From Mobula hypostoma (taxonomy: Eukaryota), in assembly GCF_963921235.1 (NCBI RefSeq), contig NC_086108.1, forward strand, positions 30,878,001-30,942,000: a stretch of DNA of 64,000 nucleotides. The letters run 5' to 3'. The notes beneath the pieces are model-generated. The model was given only the letters and a program-made list of their open reading frames with translations, was not told the DNA's origin and ran no database searches. Every line of letters begins with the position of its first letter. Position 1 is the stretch's first letter. Below, piece after piece: positions 37,491 to 50,295 of this stretch. Both the position numbers and the translations under genes were made by a program.

Positions 37491-40400
37491 CAAAAGTTCT
37501 CTCCTCTCCCTACACCTTTTACTTTTTAGCAGGTTCAGCACAACATTGTGGGATGAAGTGCCTGTTCCTGTGCTGGACTGATCTATGTATGTATTCTGTT
37601 TATTCTGTGCCCTCTAGTCTGAGAATCCCCTACACTTGAAAAAAAATTAAAATGCGAAGTTTCTTATTGTTGTGTTTTTCAGATCTACATATATTACAAT
37701 TGCAAAGATCAGTGGTTTGTCTTGATGGCATGAATTACATAAACAGTGCTTGTGGCGAATGCTGACTCATTAGAACAATACTGTAGGTGGGTTTGCACTT
37801 AGGTACGCCGCCATAGACAAGATCTTCCAGTAATTCGACCAGTGCAGAAATTCCCAAGCAGGCTAAGATGTAAAGAAGACCTGCAAAATCATGGTCTGAC
37901 ACAGTAACTGCAAACTGAAAAAAAATAAACTTAGTATGTTACAAATTTTGCTAAGTTTCCTGGTGTTAATTTCCTGGAATCTGTAACAACTCTAGTTTCA
38001 AAGTATGCAAAGCATAAAATTAGAGACCGAGGCTATCATTATGTTTATTGTCTGTCCTAGTTAGATAAGAGCACTACAAACTACTTTTTCCATCCTTTTG
38101 AAATTTCTCACAGTATGAACTGATGGGCAGAATAATATAGGTGGTTCAATCTAAAAGGTTAGTAGATATTATCAGTGTTATCTTGAGGCTGTAGACTATT
38201 TTATGTGTTATTATATATAGTACACATATTGTATTTAGTGTAGTTTCCCTGGCAACAAAGCTGCCACATGGGATGAAGTTCAAACACACTGCAGATGCTG
38301 GAAATCTGAAATAAAACATAAAATACTGGAAACACTCAATAGATCAGACAGTATTTGTGGAAAGTGAATTCATTCCAGATCTTAAATGCAGTGAAAATGC
38401 TAATGTTTAAGCTACTTTGACAGAACTGAAAAAGAAAGAGAGTTGTCTTTCACTCTAGTCTTTACCAAATATCTTGGTCCTGAACTGTTACCATCATTCT
38501 CTCTTCACACAGCCTGCCTGAACCGAGCATTTCTGGCATTTTCTGCTTTTGTTATCAATTGAGATGTATCATTTTTTTTCTCTATTCAATGCACACTGAG
38601 ATAGAAGAAAAAGAGTTAGCAATGTCGAATCAAGCGGAGACAAGGGGGATGAACACAAAAAGGTGGTAAAATGGTGCAAGTTGCCAAGGTTTCAATTCTG
38701 CTGGCACCAGCTGCAGTCAGCTCTGGTGAGGTTCACAAAGAATCAAAACACCTCAGTATTGGAATTTGTGTCAGATCGTTAATGCAGTGAAGCATGCTGA
38801 GGCACACAGTTAGTGAAAAGAACTGACAATGAAGCGCTAAAGGAACATTGCTAAGAAGGAGGAGCGAGAAGAGTCAAGATAGATAGTGGAAATCAGTGGA
38901 CAAATATGTTCAATCAGCATTTGAGAAAAGACTATACAAAATACTGTAAATAAAATAATACCTCAAAATTTTTGGATTGACGGATAACATATTAGCATGT
39001 TCAAGAAATTGTTTAATGTAAGGAAATTATAAGGTAGGAATGAATGAGTCAGTTTCATACTGACAGTTATTTGTGATCAAGCACATGGTTCAGACTGCTC
39101 CAGGCACTCAGCTATTCACAGTGTACGTTTGTGAACAGATTTCACTAATGGCTGGGATTTGGCGGTGTCATATACACAACTTACATTTTCACCTTGTATT
39201 TCTCATTATGTCACGCTTCAGATTCATCAAGTGGAATTTGCCGGCCAAGAGATCTTAGACCCGATCAGTGAGGACCTGTTTGAGACCAGGGCTTTGAATT
39301 ACAGTATGTAATTAGGCCATATGGGAAGGCTAGAGCAATTCCCCACAATCAAATTTCTGTCCAACAAGGCAGCTAATTTTTGAATCTTTCTGATGGAGAG
39401 AAATATAAAAGTGCTCTTAAAATTAAATACATGATTGTCTTGAAGAAGGGTCCTGGCCTGATAGGTCATCTCTTTCTTATGCATTTCCATAGAGGTTGCT
39501 TGACCTGTTGAGTACCTCCAGCATTTTGTATGCATTGCTGAAAGATTGTATTCATCATTATGCTTTAATGATATTTAAAATCACTACATTGCATAAATAA
39601 TTAAAACATTAGTACAAATCTAAATTACTAAAAAGTAATTTATTTTATTCTTATCCTCACAGCAATAAAAATTCCATTCAAAGGTACATTTAATGTCAGA
39701 GAACTGTACAATATACATCCTGAAATGCTTTTTCTTCGCAACCATCCACGAAAAACTGAGGACAAAAGAATGAATGACAGATAAGTGTTAGAACCCCAAA
39801 GTCCCCCCCCATCTCTCCTCCCTCCCGCGCGTAAGCAGCAGCGAGCAACGATCCCCCCCTCCCCCCACTGGCAGAAAAAAACATTGGTACCCGCCACCAA
39901 GCACTCAAGCGTGAGCAAGGCAACAGCAAGTAAAAGGTATCATAGGTGCTTCCACAGCTTCAAAATGGTCCAGTACCAATGAGCAGAGTCCTTCAGGGAG
40001 GCTCTTTCTTCTGAATGAAGAATTGTGAATGAAGGGTCTTTGTTTCAGCATAAAGAGCTGGCCAATTGCAACTGAGAAATGGAGAAACTTCTCAACTCAG
40101 AGAGCAGCAAATCTTTGGAATTCTCTATCTCACCTGGCTGTGGCTATTGTCTAAGTTCAAGGCTGAGGTGATTAGGTTTCTGAATATCAAAAATATTGCA
40201 GGAAACAGGGGTCATATAAGAATGTGCATGAGGTATAGGTTTAGCCTTGAGCTGATTGTATGGTGGAGTAGATTGAGAGGCCACATTATGATTATGAGGC
40301 CTCAAAGCACCTTAGATGACCTTAATTCTACAACTATTTTCCTAAAGAGGCATTTCCAGAGCTTAAGGTCATCATTGATGTAGTGAAAGGTATGGGGAAC

Positions 40401-42799
40401 AAACTGTAGTGAGAGAGTTAGAAATGTATCTTTTCACTTGAAATGGAATTGTCCACTCACAGTCTTCATAATGGGCAGACATGTTAGTTAAGACGATATT
40501 TAAGACATCAGGTACAGATTCATGGAGCCCATGAGGCCTTGAAGAATGCAGATATAAGCCATGAAAGATTGTGATATGATTACTGATTTGAAGGAATGTG
40601 ATATGGTGACTGGTTTAATAGACAATATAAAATCTTGCTGTGCACCTAAAAGGCAGCATCTATCATGAAGCACTCTCACCATCCAAGACGTGTTCTCTTT
40701 TCGTTACTACCCTCAGAGAGGAGGTACAGAAGACTCAGTACTCACTGTTTTAGAAACAGCTTCTTCCCCTTGCCAAGAGATTTCTGAATGGACAACGAAC
40801 CCATAAACAATATTATTTACACTCATTATTTTTGTTCTTTTTTTGTACTACTTACTTAATTTATATATATTAAAATATATATAGAACTACAAGTTTCATG
40901 ATCTATGACAGCGATAATAAAGCAGATTCTGATTCTGACATATGCCTAGATTCAGAAGTGTGGGCTTTGTTGAATATATAAGAATGAGTAGTGAACATGA
41001 TCATCGGACTTCTCAGACCAAAGTAATGATCAATGCCAAGGCATTCCAGGCCTGTTGTTACAAAACCAGAGTCCTCAATGAGCAGATGGGCATGAGACTT
41101 GTATTATCAAGTATTTTATGTTGTATTTTGTAATTTAGACTTACTGTCTTGTTAACCTTTTCTATCGCTTTAATAAAGTTCCCCACTGTAACCTTGAAGT
41201 GTCTTTTCTTTTCTCCATCGCCACTTTGAATCGCCAAACAACTGGTTTATTTTCTGTTACACAAACCTTTGAGCATGATGGATCTGAACCCTGAACCTTC
41301 TTCAACAGCACATATATCTCTAGTCAATGAATGTGATGTCGTAATTCTGTGTTGCATAATTGAAAATAACCAGGCAGGCATTATTCCACATGTGGAAGCA
41401 GTTCCTAATATCAATGTTAGAATAACATTTTGCTCAACCAATCATGACATAAAATAAAATTTTATTCATGGCCCTGAACACAGTGTAATTGTGTGCATAA
41501 TCAGGAAATTATTCCCCAGCAGACAGTTTAATTGAAACTCTATGCAGATTATGTCACAGTAACGCATATATTTTCCTGGGAGTTCCATTCCGTAAATATT
41601 TCCACTGAGTCTGTCTGGAGTCCTGATTTTCAAATTACACTCTATTTGCCAGAAAATCCTTTGTTACAATGTGCAGTGTTTGATGGTGAATTTGGCCCCA
41701 CTAAACTTAAATATCTCAAGTACATCAAGTATTGACTGCAGCGTTTCTAACTTTTCTTTTTATCATGAGTCATTTTTGTCATGCTTTCAGTCTAAGTCAC
41801 TGTCATATTGCAATTAAGACCGAGAAAAGAGAAAATGTATTTCACTCAGTTCAAAATAGAATGAGTTCTGGGACTGCTGTCCAGTTTAAAAGAAAAGATT
41901 AAATCTCAGGTGAATGGATCATTGCTTGCTGAGCAGTGGAGGTAATTATGTCTCAGCACACATGCCTGAACTTGTGCTTAGTCTACATTAATTCATGTAT
42001 TAAATGGCAGTGAATCGGGTCATGGATGTGAAATCTATAAATGAGAGTTTTAGCCTGATTGGTAATTTTTGCTGTTGGGACAATTATTTACTTCCCTTGT
42101 GGTTTGTGTGGTAGAGAAGGGGCTGTGCACGAAAGCACAATGAAAAGGACACTCTTTCTTTGTCCTTGTGGAGCCATCCCTTTGAAAAGTTTTTTTTTGC
42201 CTTTTTCTATGCTTGAGGATAGAAGACAAAGGGATTCTTTGCCTTTTAGTTTAATTATACAGAAGGCAGCATCCAAAGCATTTCTTCCAACTTCTATAGT
42301 GAAGGGTATATTTGCTGAGAACCTTTTTGCTTTAGGAAACATTAATTACTGCGTCATCACAACTGAATGAAGATATACAAAACAACCAGAGTGGCCAAAG
42401 ATTAGCCATTGTTCTGAAGAGGTGTAAAACGCACAAATAGTAATTGAAAACTTTGAACTGCTATTCAATTCAATGCTCAGAAAGTTAAGAGATGTTATTT
42501 TTCAAGCCAGTAGGTACTGCTTACAACCAGGTGCTCTGTTTCCCTCCCACAGTCCAAAGATGTACTAGTTGGTAGGTTAATTGGTCATTGTAAATCGTCC
42601 CGTACATTAAATTGGGGTATTGCTGGGCACCGTAGCTCAAAGGGCTGGAAGGCCTATTCCGGATCAATAAGTAAATAGATTTGTGACTGAAATCTCCTTC
42701 ACAAAAAGGATTCCATGAGGTAATAAGTTAATAAGTGAAATGTTTCGATTATAAATCCCATGTCACTTCCTGGCCCGTTCAAGAGCAAACCCTTTTGCT

Positions 42800-43115
42800 C
42801 TTGATCAATTCTACTAGATACAAGAGGCTAATTCAGAGTAGCTAGGATGGAATGAATATGTTTCCTCATCCTGTTTTTAGTTAAAAGTCTAGCAGCAGCA
42901 TTCTGAATGAGTTGAAATTTGTCAAGAGATTGCTTTGGAAGGCCATTAAAAATGAATTGCAGTAATTTAGTCTATTCAGTATAAAAGCATGAATTACTTT
43001 TCAGCATTATTACATGACAGAAATGGATGTACCTTTGCAATAATTCTTTAGTATAAAAATACCCCTCTAGCCACTTTCTTTATATGGGATTTAAAATGCA
43101 GATCTCATTCAAGGT
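42800..43115 (-). mobile_element. L2-clade LINE ORF2 C-terminal remnant
   Basis: Minus translation HFKSHIKKV..IHAFILNRLNYCNS..FQLIQNAAARLLT, an L2 hallmark. Confidence 0.75.
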
Positions 43116-43414
43116 GTGATAGATATTCACTTCCTTGGTCCGTGGGCCTCATGTTTTGCCAAGCTTGCTTTCTAGACACAGCAGATGCCACATGTCAAGG
43201 TTGAACAGTTGTAAGTAAACTTCTAATTAGTTGTGTTTAGCTTCTGGTCATAAAAAGGAGCCAGTCTTTAGTTTTTAAAATGTAAATAATAAGCAGTAAT
43301 CAGCTTGAAGTTAAAACATGCACTGTCTATAGGGAAGCTTTGCAAACAGGCTCTGTGGAGCCTCAGGCGTGCTGGCTCATACCATGAGGCTAACTGCTCA
43401 AGATGTGCAGTATA

Positions 43415-43720
43415 GGGCAGCATGGTAGCATAGTGTTTAGCACAACACTTTACAGTACATGTGACCCAGGTTCAATTCCTGCCATTGCCTGTAAGGAGTT
43501 TGTACATTCTCCCCACCACTGCGTCGGTTTCCTCCATATACTACAGTTTCTTCCTACTGTCCAAAGATGTACCAGATGGTAGGTTAATTGGCCATTGTAA
43601 ATTGCTCTGGGATTAGCCTCAAATTAAATGGGGGGGGGGGGTGGATTATTAGGTGGCGTGTCTTGAAGGGCCAGAAGGGCCTATTCCATGTTGTATCTCA
43701 ATAAAGAAATAAATAAGTAA
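43415..43720 (+). mobile_element. Full-length tRNA-derived V-SINE/HE1-like SINE
   Basis: A box tagcatagtg, B box ggttcaattcc, V-core ggtttcctccatatactacagtttcttcctactgtccaaaga, A-rich tail. Confidence 0.85.
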
Positions 43721-44384
43721 CAACAAGTCATTTAATTTGGCTTATTTCAAAACAGACAATGCTGGCTAAGTTGTTTAGTTCATGGAAGCATGCAGACCAG
43801 ATGGATAATATCATTTAGTATATCAATAACTGATGTGTTTATGTTACAATTTAAGGTGAGAGCAGGGAAATTCAAAGGAGATGTGCAGGGCAATTTTTTT
43901 GCACCGGGAATAGTGAGGGCTTAGAACACATTGCCATGGTGATAGTGGTTGCAAATATGATGGAGGGATTTAAGAGGCTCTTGGATGAGCATGTGAATGT
44001 GCAGAGAATGGAGGAATATGGATGTTACGTAGGGATAAGTTCAGTTAGGTACTTGATTGCTAATTTAAACAGTCAGACAGAACAGTGCAGGCTGAGGGCC
44101 TGTAGCTGTGCTGTGCTGTTCTTTGTCATTGCACGTGTCACCAAGTAGCAATGTGTAACTGACAGAGATAAGGATGTAAGTGTAGATCCTTGGGTGGCTG
44201 AGAAAGTTGTAGCACAGGAAATAAGAAACCATCACTGTAGAGCTTTTCCTGCATCCGGATAGATAAGCAGTCTAATCATTTTATTAGAAATGCTATTCTC
44301 CAGCCTTTGCCACAAGAAGGCTCCTCCTTACGAGATCAAAAATCAACAGGTTCCCTAAAAAATATAAACAGGCCAATTACTCTA

Positions 44385-44705
44385 CTGATGACCATATCGA
44401 GCGAGCTTGGAAACAAAAAGGGGATGATCACTCTGCTAGGAGAGTACTGTTGGCCTCCAGATAGAGGACTAGAATTGGAGGAGTAAGTATATAGGCAAGT
44501 CACAGAATAAATAAAAAATAAAAGGGTTAGCATCATAAATGATTCCAAACTCTTAAGTGGGAGTGTTTTAGTGTGAGAGGCTTAGGTGAACTAGAATATT
44601 TACGGTACATCCCAGAGGTAAAGGCCCAATTAAAAATGACAAGACATCATCTGACGAATGTGTAATACAAGCACTTACTTGCAGGTAAGTCTTTAGGCAA
44701 GCTGT
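44385..44705 (+). mobile_element. CR1 APE endonuclease remnant
   Basis: ELGNKKGMITLLGEYCWPPD..LELEE, consensus-like ELRNKKG..TLLGVYYRPP. Confidence 0.6.
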
Positions 44706-44767
44706 GGGGTCATTTAGAAGTGAAATAGGGAGTTCAGAGGCATGGTGTTCAGATAAGGGTGAAGGAT

Positions 44768-45064
44768 AAAGTTCAAAGTTCACAGTAAATTTATTATCAA
44801 ATACATGAGATTCATTTTCTTGCGGGCATTCACAGTAAATACAAAAAACACAATAAAATAAATGAAAGACCATACCCAACAAGATGGACGATCAACCAAT
44901 GTGCAAAAGACAACCAACTGTGCAAATACAAAAACAAATAAGAATTAATAATAACAACAATTTTTTTTTGTTTTTGTGTTTGCACAGTTTGTTATCTTTT
45001 GCACATTGGTTATTTGACCATCTTGTTGGGTAGAGTCTTTCATTTATTCTATTGTGTTTCTTGT
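44768..45064. repeat. Retroposon 3' end with fold-back inverted repeat of about 100 bp (44840-44942 and 44961-45064)
   Basis: tgaaagaccatacccaacaagatgg..tgtgcaaaagacaaccaactgtgcaaatacaaaaac is mirrored by gtttttgtgtttgcacagtttgttatcttttgcaca..ccatcttgttgggtagagtctttca. Confidence 0.85.
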
Positions 45065-45512
45065 AAAATTAATAATGATAATTTTCCAATCTGGAAAATT
45101 TACAAAGAAAAGTAAGAATTGAAATGACAAATTTTAGAAAACACTGTGTACACTTGAATACACTTAGATTAACACTACCTAGGGCAGAAGGAGGAAGAGG
45201 AAAAACAGACATATAAATTAACAAAACATCAGATAAAATTTCTTAGGATATATTCTCATCAATGTGAACGGGATTTATCACTCTACGTGAGCATATACAA
45301 TTCTAATACACATCACTGAGCTTAAATGAAAGCCCAACCCAGAAAAGTGAATAAATTATCAATCCAGAATCAATAAGTGAGAAACACTGGAGATATGCTG
45401 AATTAAAAGAAGAAATTGAATGACTTTGGAATATGAACAGGGTATACATTGTCCCAATAGTAATATCTACAACTGGTATCACCATAAAGACCCTACACAG
45501 TAGCATTAAATA

Positions 45513-45872
45513 ATTAGATTAGACTAGATTATGAGGACATGCAGTCCTCTTTTATTGTCATTTAGTAATGCATGCATTAAGAAATGATACAATGTTCCTC
45601 CAGAATGATATCACAGAAACACAAGGCAAACCAAGACTAAAAAAAACTGACAAAAACCACATAATTATAACATATAGTTACAACAATGCAAAGCAATACC
45701 ATAATTTGATAAAGAACAGACCATGGGAACGGTAAAAAAAAGTCTCAAAGTCTCTCGAAAGTCCCAACATCTCACGCAGACAGTAGAAGGAAGAGAAGCT
45801 CTCTTCCTGCCATGAACTTCCAGCGCCGCAAACTTGCCAATGCAGCACCCTGGAAGCACCCGACCATAGCCG
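45513..45872 (-). mobile_element. Non-autonomous retroposon with (TCTAA)n tail; sister copy at 57700-58007
   Basis: Highly similar segments (atgaggacaYgcagtcctcttttattgtcatttagtaatgcatgcattaagaaatg...) at both loci, both starting with (agatt)n on the plus strand. Confidence 0.8.
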
Positions 45873-46064
45873 GGTGATCGACCTACTGTGTACTGTGTAG
45901 CCAGGTGGTAGACCTACTGTGCAGGTCTACACAGTAATATTTATGTGAATTCTCAAAAGCCACAGCACTAAACACCATCAGAATAGTCCAAAAGTTCCTA
46001 GCAATAAGTGTGCATGGCTATGCTGGTACATCAGGTTTTACCAGCTTGAGCTGAGAATCTCTTT

Positions 46065-46875
46065 TAAGCAATAAATATCAAAAACATGAGATGAAGAGTT
46101 GTTGAAAGTGAGTCCATAGTTTGTGGGAACAATTCAGTGATAGGATAAATGAAGTTTAGTAAAGTTATCTCCTCTGGTTCAAGATCCTGATGGTTGAGGG
46201 ATAATAGCAGTTCCTGAACCTGAATGTGTGGGTTATGAGGCTCTTGTACTGCCTTCCTGCTGGCAACAGTGAGATGGCCTAGAAGGTGGGGGACCTCAAT
46301 GATGGGTGGTGCTTTCCTGTGACAACGCTCCATGTAGATGTGCTCAATGGTGGGGAGGGATTTACCTGTGATGGACTGGGCTGTATCCAATACTATTTGT
46401 AGGCTTTTCCATTCTGTTCAAGGGCATTGATGATCCATTCCAGACAATGATGTTACCAGTCAATATAGTCTCCATTGCACAAAGTTTTAGATGACTTGCC
46501 AAATCTTTCCAAACTTCTAGGAACGTAGAGGCACTGTCATGGTTTCTTTGTAATGGCACTTACCTGCTGGACCCAGGACAGATCTTCTGAAATGGTAACC
46601 CTGAAGAATTTAAAGTTGCTGCCTCTCTCCACCTCTGATCCCCCAATGAGGAGTTCCTCCTCCTGATGTCAATAATCAGCTCCTTGGTCTTGCTGACATT
46701 AAGTGAGGGGTTGTTGTTGTGGCACCACTCAGACAGGTTTTCAATCCCTCTCCTATAAGCAGATCTGTCATCACCTTTGAATCAGCCGTTGACAGTGGTG
46801 TCGTCAGCAAACTTAAATATGGCATTGGAACTGTGTTTATCTTCACAGTCATGCATATAGAGAGAGTAGAGCAGA
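46065..46875 (-). mobile_element. Rex1-type LINE fragment
   Basis: DTAQSITGKSLPTIEHIYMERCHRKA; plus strand gtgtcgtcagcaaactt encodes KFADDT on minus. Confidence 0.85.
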
Positions 46876-47167
46876 TATCATATCCAAAAAACTGTCAATG
46901 TTTAAGGAGACTATGGGTTAGATTAAGAAAACAAAGTAGCTAATAACAAGTTTAGAGAAATAAAAACAGATGAGGTTCTTCTCTAAAAAATATGAAGAGT
47001 TTTTTAAAGTAATTAAAAGAGGGACAAAAGATATCTCTTGTGGGCAGTCAAGGAAAATCCCACAGCATTTTATGATTATCTGAAGGGGAGGAGTGGGACC
47101 CATCAGGAAATTAGAGGGATGTTATTCTGTGGGGAGAAATGGAGGAAATACAGTAGCTGCAGTCTAA

Positions 47168-47758
47168 AAACATAGGAACATAGAAAACATACAGCACAAT
47201 ACAGGCCCTTCAGCCCACAAAGCTGTGCCGAACATGTCCCTGCTTTAGAACTACCTAGGCTTTACCCAGAGCCCTCTATTTTTCTAAGCTCCATGTAGCC
47301 ATCCAGGAGTCTCTTAAAAGACCCTATCGTATCCGCCTCCACCACCGTTGCCACATGCCCATTCCATGCACTCACCACTCTCTGTGTAAAAAACTTACCC
47401 TGACATCTCCTCTGTACCTACTTCCAAGCACCCTAAAACTATGCCCTCTCGTGCTAGCCATTTCAGTCCTGGGGAAAAGCCTCTGACTATCCACATGATC
47501 ACAGCCTCTCATTATCTTGTACACCTCTAACAGGTCACCTCTCATCCTCCGTCGCTCTAAGGAGAAAAGGCTGAGTTCACTCAACCTATTCTCATAAGGC
47601 ATGCTCCCCAATCCAGACAACATCCTTGTAAATCTCCTCTGCACCCTTTCTGTGGTTTCCACATCCTTCCTGTAGTGAGCGGACCAGAATTGAGCACAGT
47701 ACTCCAAGTGGGGTCCGACCAGGGTCCTATATAGCTGCAACATTACATCTTGGCTCTT
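47168..47758 (-). mobile_element. CR1 LINE 3' end (same subfamily as 60845-62312)
   Basis: ORF 47372-47815 LYRTLVGPHLEYCAQFWSAHYRKD..ERVQRRFTR; 3' UTR nearly identical to 60850-61175. Confidence 0.9.
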
Positions 47759-47961
47759 TAATGAATACTTATTTGTTTTCACTATGAACAAGGGCACTGT
47801 AGTTTGAAAATTCAAGCAAAGGGAATGGTAGAATTCTAAAACAATTTATCATTGAAAAGAAGGAGATATTAAATGCCTGAATGGACTTAGAGGTGGATAT
47901 GCCCCCAAAGCCTGTAGAGATGTACTTGTGGGAGACAAGGGAGAAGATTCCTGGGGTTCCC

Positions 47962-48503
47962 CTACAAGACATCTTTAAATGTGAAATACCCTTAGAGAGT
48001 AAGACCATATATTTTGGGTATATACCTCAAGAATGGTTGAAAAGAGATAAATATTTAATGAATGTACTGCTGGTGGCTGGTAAAAAGGCCCTTACCAGGA
48101 AATGGTTATTACAGGAGAGCCCAACTTTAAATGTATGGATGGAAATTACAATGGACATTTACAAAATGGAGAAGATAACAGCATCTGTTAATCATAAGTT
48201 GGAACAATTTTATTCATACTGGAAAAAACGGTTTAACTATATAACACCTCGTAGGCCTGATTTTATTCTCACAAGTCAATGAATATGTTGTAAAAAAAAG
48301 ACCACTCCCTATTCTGTACATAGTTTTCTTCTTTCGATTGTTCTTTCTTTCCTCTCCTTTCTATAAGTGTACACCTCAGATAAATATTATGTGGAGATTT
48401 GTGACAAATATGATTATATGATATATATGTACAGTATCTGAAACACATCTTATGGAAATGTTTGTTTGATGATGAAATTCAATAAAAAATAAATTACAAA
48501 AAG
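47962..48503 (+). mobile_element. L1/Tx1-type LINE 3' end inserted in old CR1 fragment (47820-48860)
   Basis: IFKCEIPL..YLMNVLLVAGKKALTRKWLLQESPTLNVWMEI..MEKITA..FYSYWKK is typical of a fish L1-clade ORF2 C-terminus. AATAAA and A-rich tail at about 48481-48503. Confidence 0.75.
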
Positions 48504-50029
48504 AAATTTCAAATCTCAGACTATAAGTGAGGTGGTAGATGAGAGAAGAGGACAACACATGTGGTATTCATTCAAGAAGGGTTTCGGAGAAGTGCAGGCA
48601 ATCACTAGCTGCTGAATCTTACATTGATGTAAGGAAATTATTAGAAAACATTCTAAGACAATAGTATTAATCTGTAATTGGAAAAGCAGGAACTGATCAG
48701 CGATAATCATCATGATTCTGCTTCGGGGAGAATATGTCTCACTAATTTGACAGGAGTTTTCAAGAAAGTGACTAAGTGTGTTGATGACAGGAGTGTAGTT
48801 GAAATAATCTATATGACACCGGTCCAACAGTTTAGAACCCCTGGAATTCAAATTAGTCTGTGACCGGATGGTATCCTACAGTACTTTGCATTTTCTTGCT
48901 GGAGGATACTTGGAAAACATCATCATTGGTTGTTGAGGTGGAATCGTGATTTATACGATGTACTAAACCATAAATATTGCTTTTGCAATGCATTGACTCA
49001 TAAAGCTAATTGTAGGCATATAGATTCTCCAAAGAAATATTTCAAAATAATGGATTTAAAAAAAAACTATTTATATGATACTCAGGTTCTAACTTTATCT
49101 TGTGTGCATGTATCAATCTTCTGTTTGTGTTTTCATTTTGCTTCTTGTTTGTTGCCCGTAGATTACTTCAGCATGATTGGCTGATCACCCTATTTGATGG
49201 CATTACTGAAGATGGAATCCAGACATTCCCTTTGAATTGACAAATTAAGTCATGTGGTGTTAACCTAAAACATTAAATCTATTTCCACAATTGATCTTCT
49301 AATTAGTTATGGCTAATTAGTTCAAATTTTCCTGCTTGCACAAGTTTCTTTAGTTTAATTCTGGCTGCTTCTGTTGAAAAGTGCAGCTCCATTTGAAGAT
49401 CCAGGTCCACCACCTTTCAATTGAGTTAGAAGATGTTTTTGAGGATAGAATGGGCCTTAAACAAGTAGAGACAAAGTTGAGAAAGTCAAATTACAAAAGG
49501 GAAGGTCCTTGATGAGAAGGAAAGTAGAAGAGAATAAATAGAAAGGAGTTAGACAAATGTGGATGTTAGTGGGGAATAAAAAAAGGGAGGTGCTACAATA
49601 TGGAACATTTGGCCTGTTTTCCCGTGCATTGGATGTGAAATATTTTCTCTTCCCTCGCTCAGTTTCTCTTCTCTTCCCTTTTACTGTTGATATCAGGATT
49701 AGTGCTGCAGAATGAGAAACATTATTATCTTTGTTTCCATTTTCCAGCCTTTCCTCATCCTCACACTTTTCATCTCCTTTCACTGGTTCTCTATATCTAT
49801 TTCCAGTGCTGGGCGATCAACCAGTGTCCACCATGAACTTTCTATTTGCTGTGTTTCCGCCCTGTCCACTTCTCCATGCTCCCTCCAAGAACCATGATAA
49901 AAATTTCCCCTATCCTCCAGTATTTCCACTCTCTCCATGGTGGTACCTGGAAACTCATTATCCATGCTTTTTCACTTCAATCTTCCAATATCCTATCTAA
50001 AGGGGAAGGAAAAGACTGCACAAGCAAGC

Positions 50030-50295
50030 TTTTACCCTCAGGCTGGGTGAGATGAAAACTAAAGGTTATCGGTTTCGGGTGAAAGGTAAAATACTTAAGG
50101 CCAATCTGAGAGAAAACTTCCTCACTTAGAACGTGGTGCGAGAGTTGAGCGAGCTGCCAGTGGAAGCAATAGATACAAGTTCAGTTTTAACATTTAAGAG
50201 AATTTTGGATAGGTACATGAATGCTGGCAAATGGGACTAGGCAGAAGACCAGGCCAGCACAGACTAGATAGGTTGATGGGCCTGTTTCTGAGGAG
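50030..50295 (+). mobile_element. CR1 3' fragment
   Basis: aaactaaaggttatcggtttcgggtgaaaggtaaaatacttaagg..gagctgccagtggaag..ttggataggtacatg. Confidence 0.7.

Noticed and set aside
42779..42804. 11-bp hairpin tcaagagcaaa-ccct-tttgctcttga as a terminator
   Set aside because: Eukaryotic context, at the edge of an L2 remnant; probably a small junction scar.
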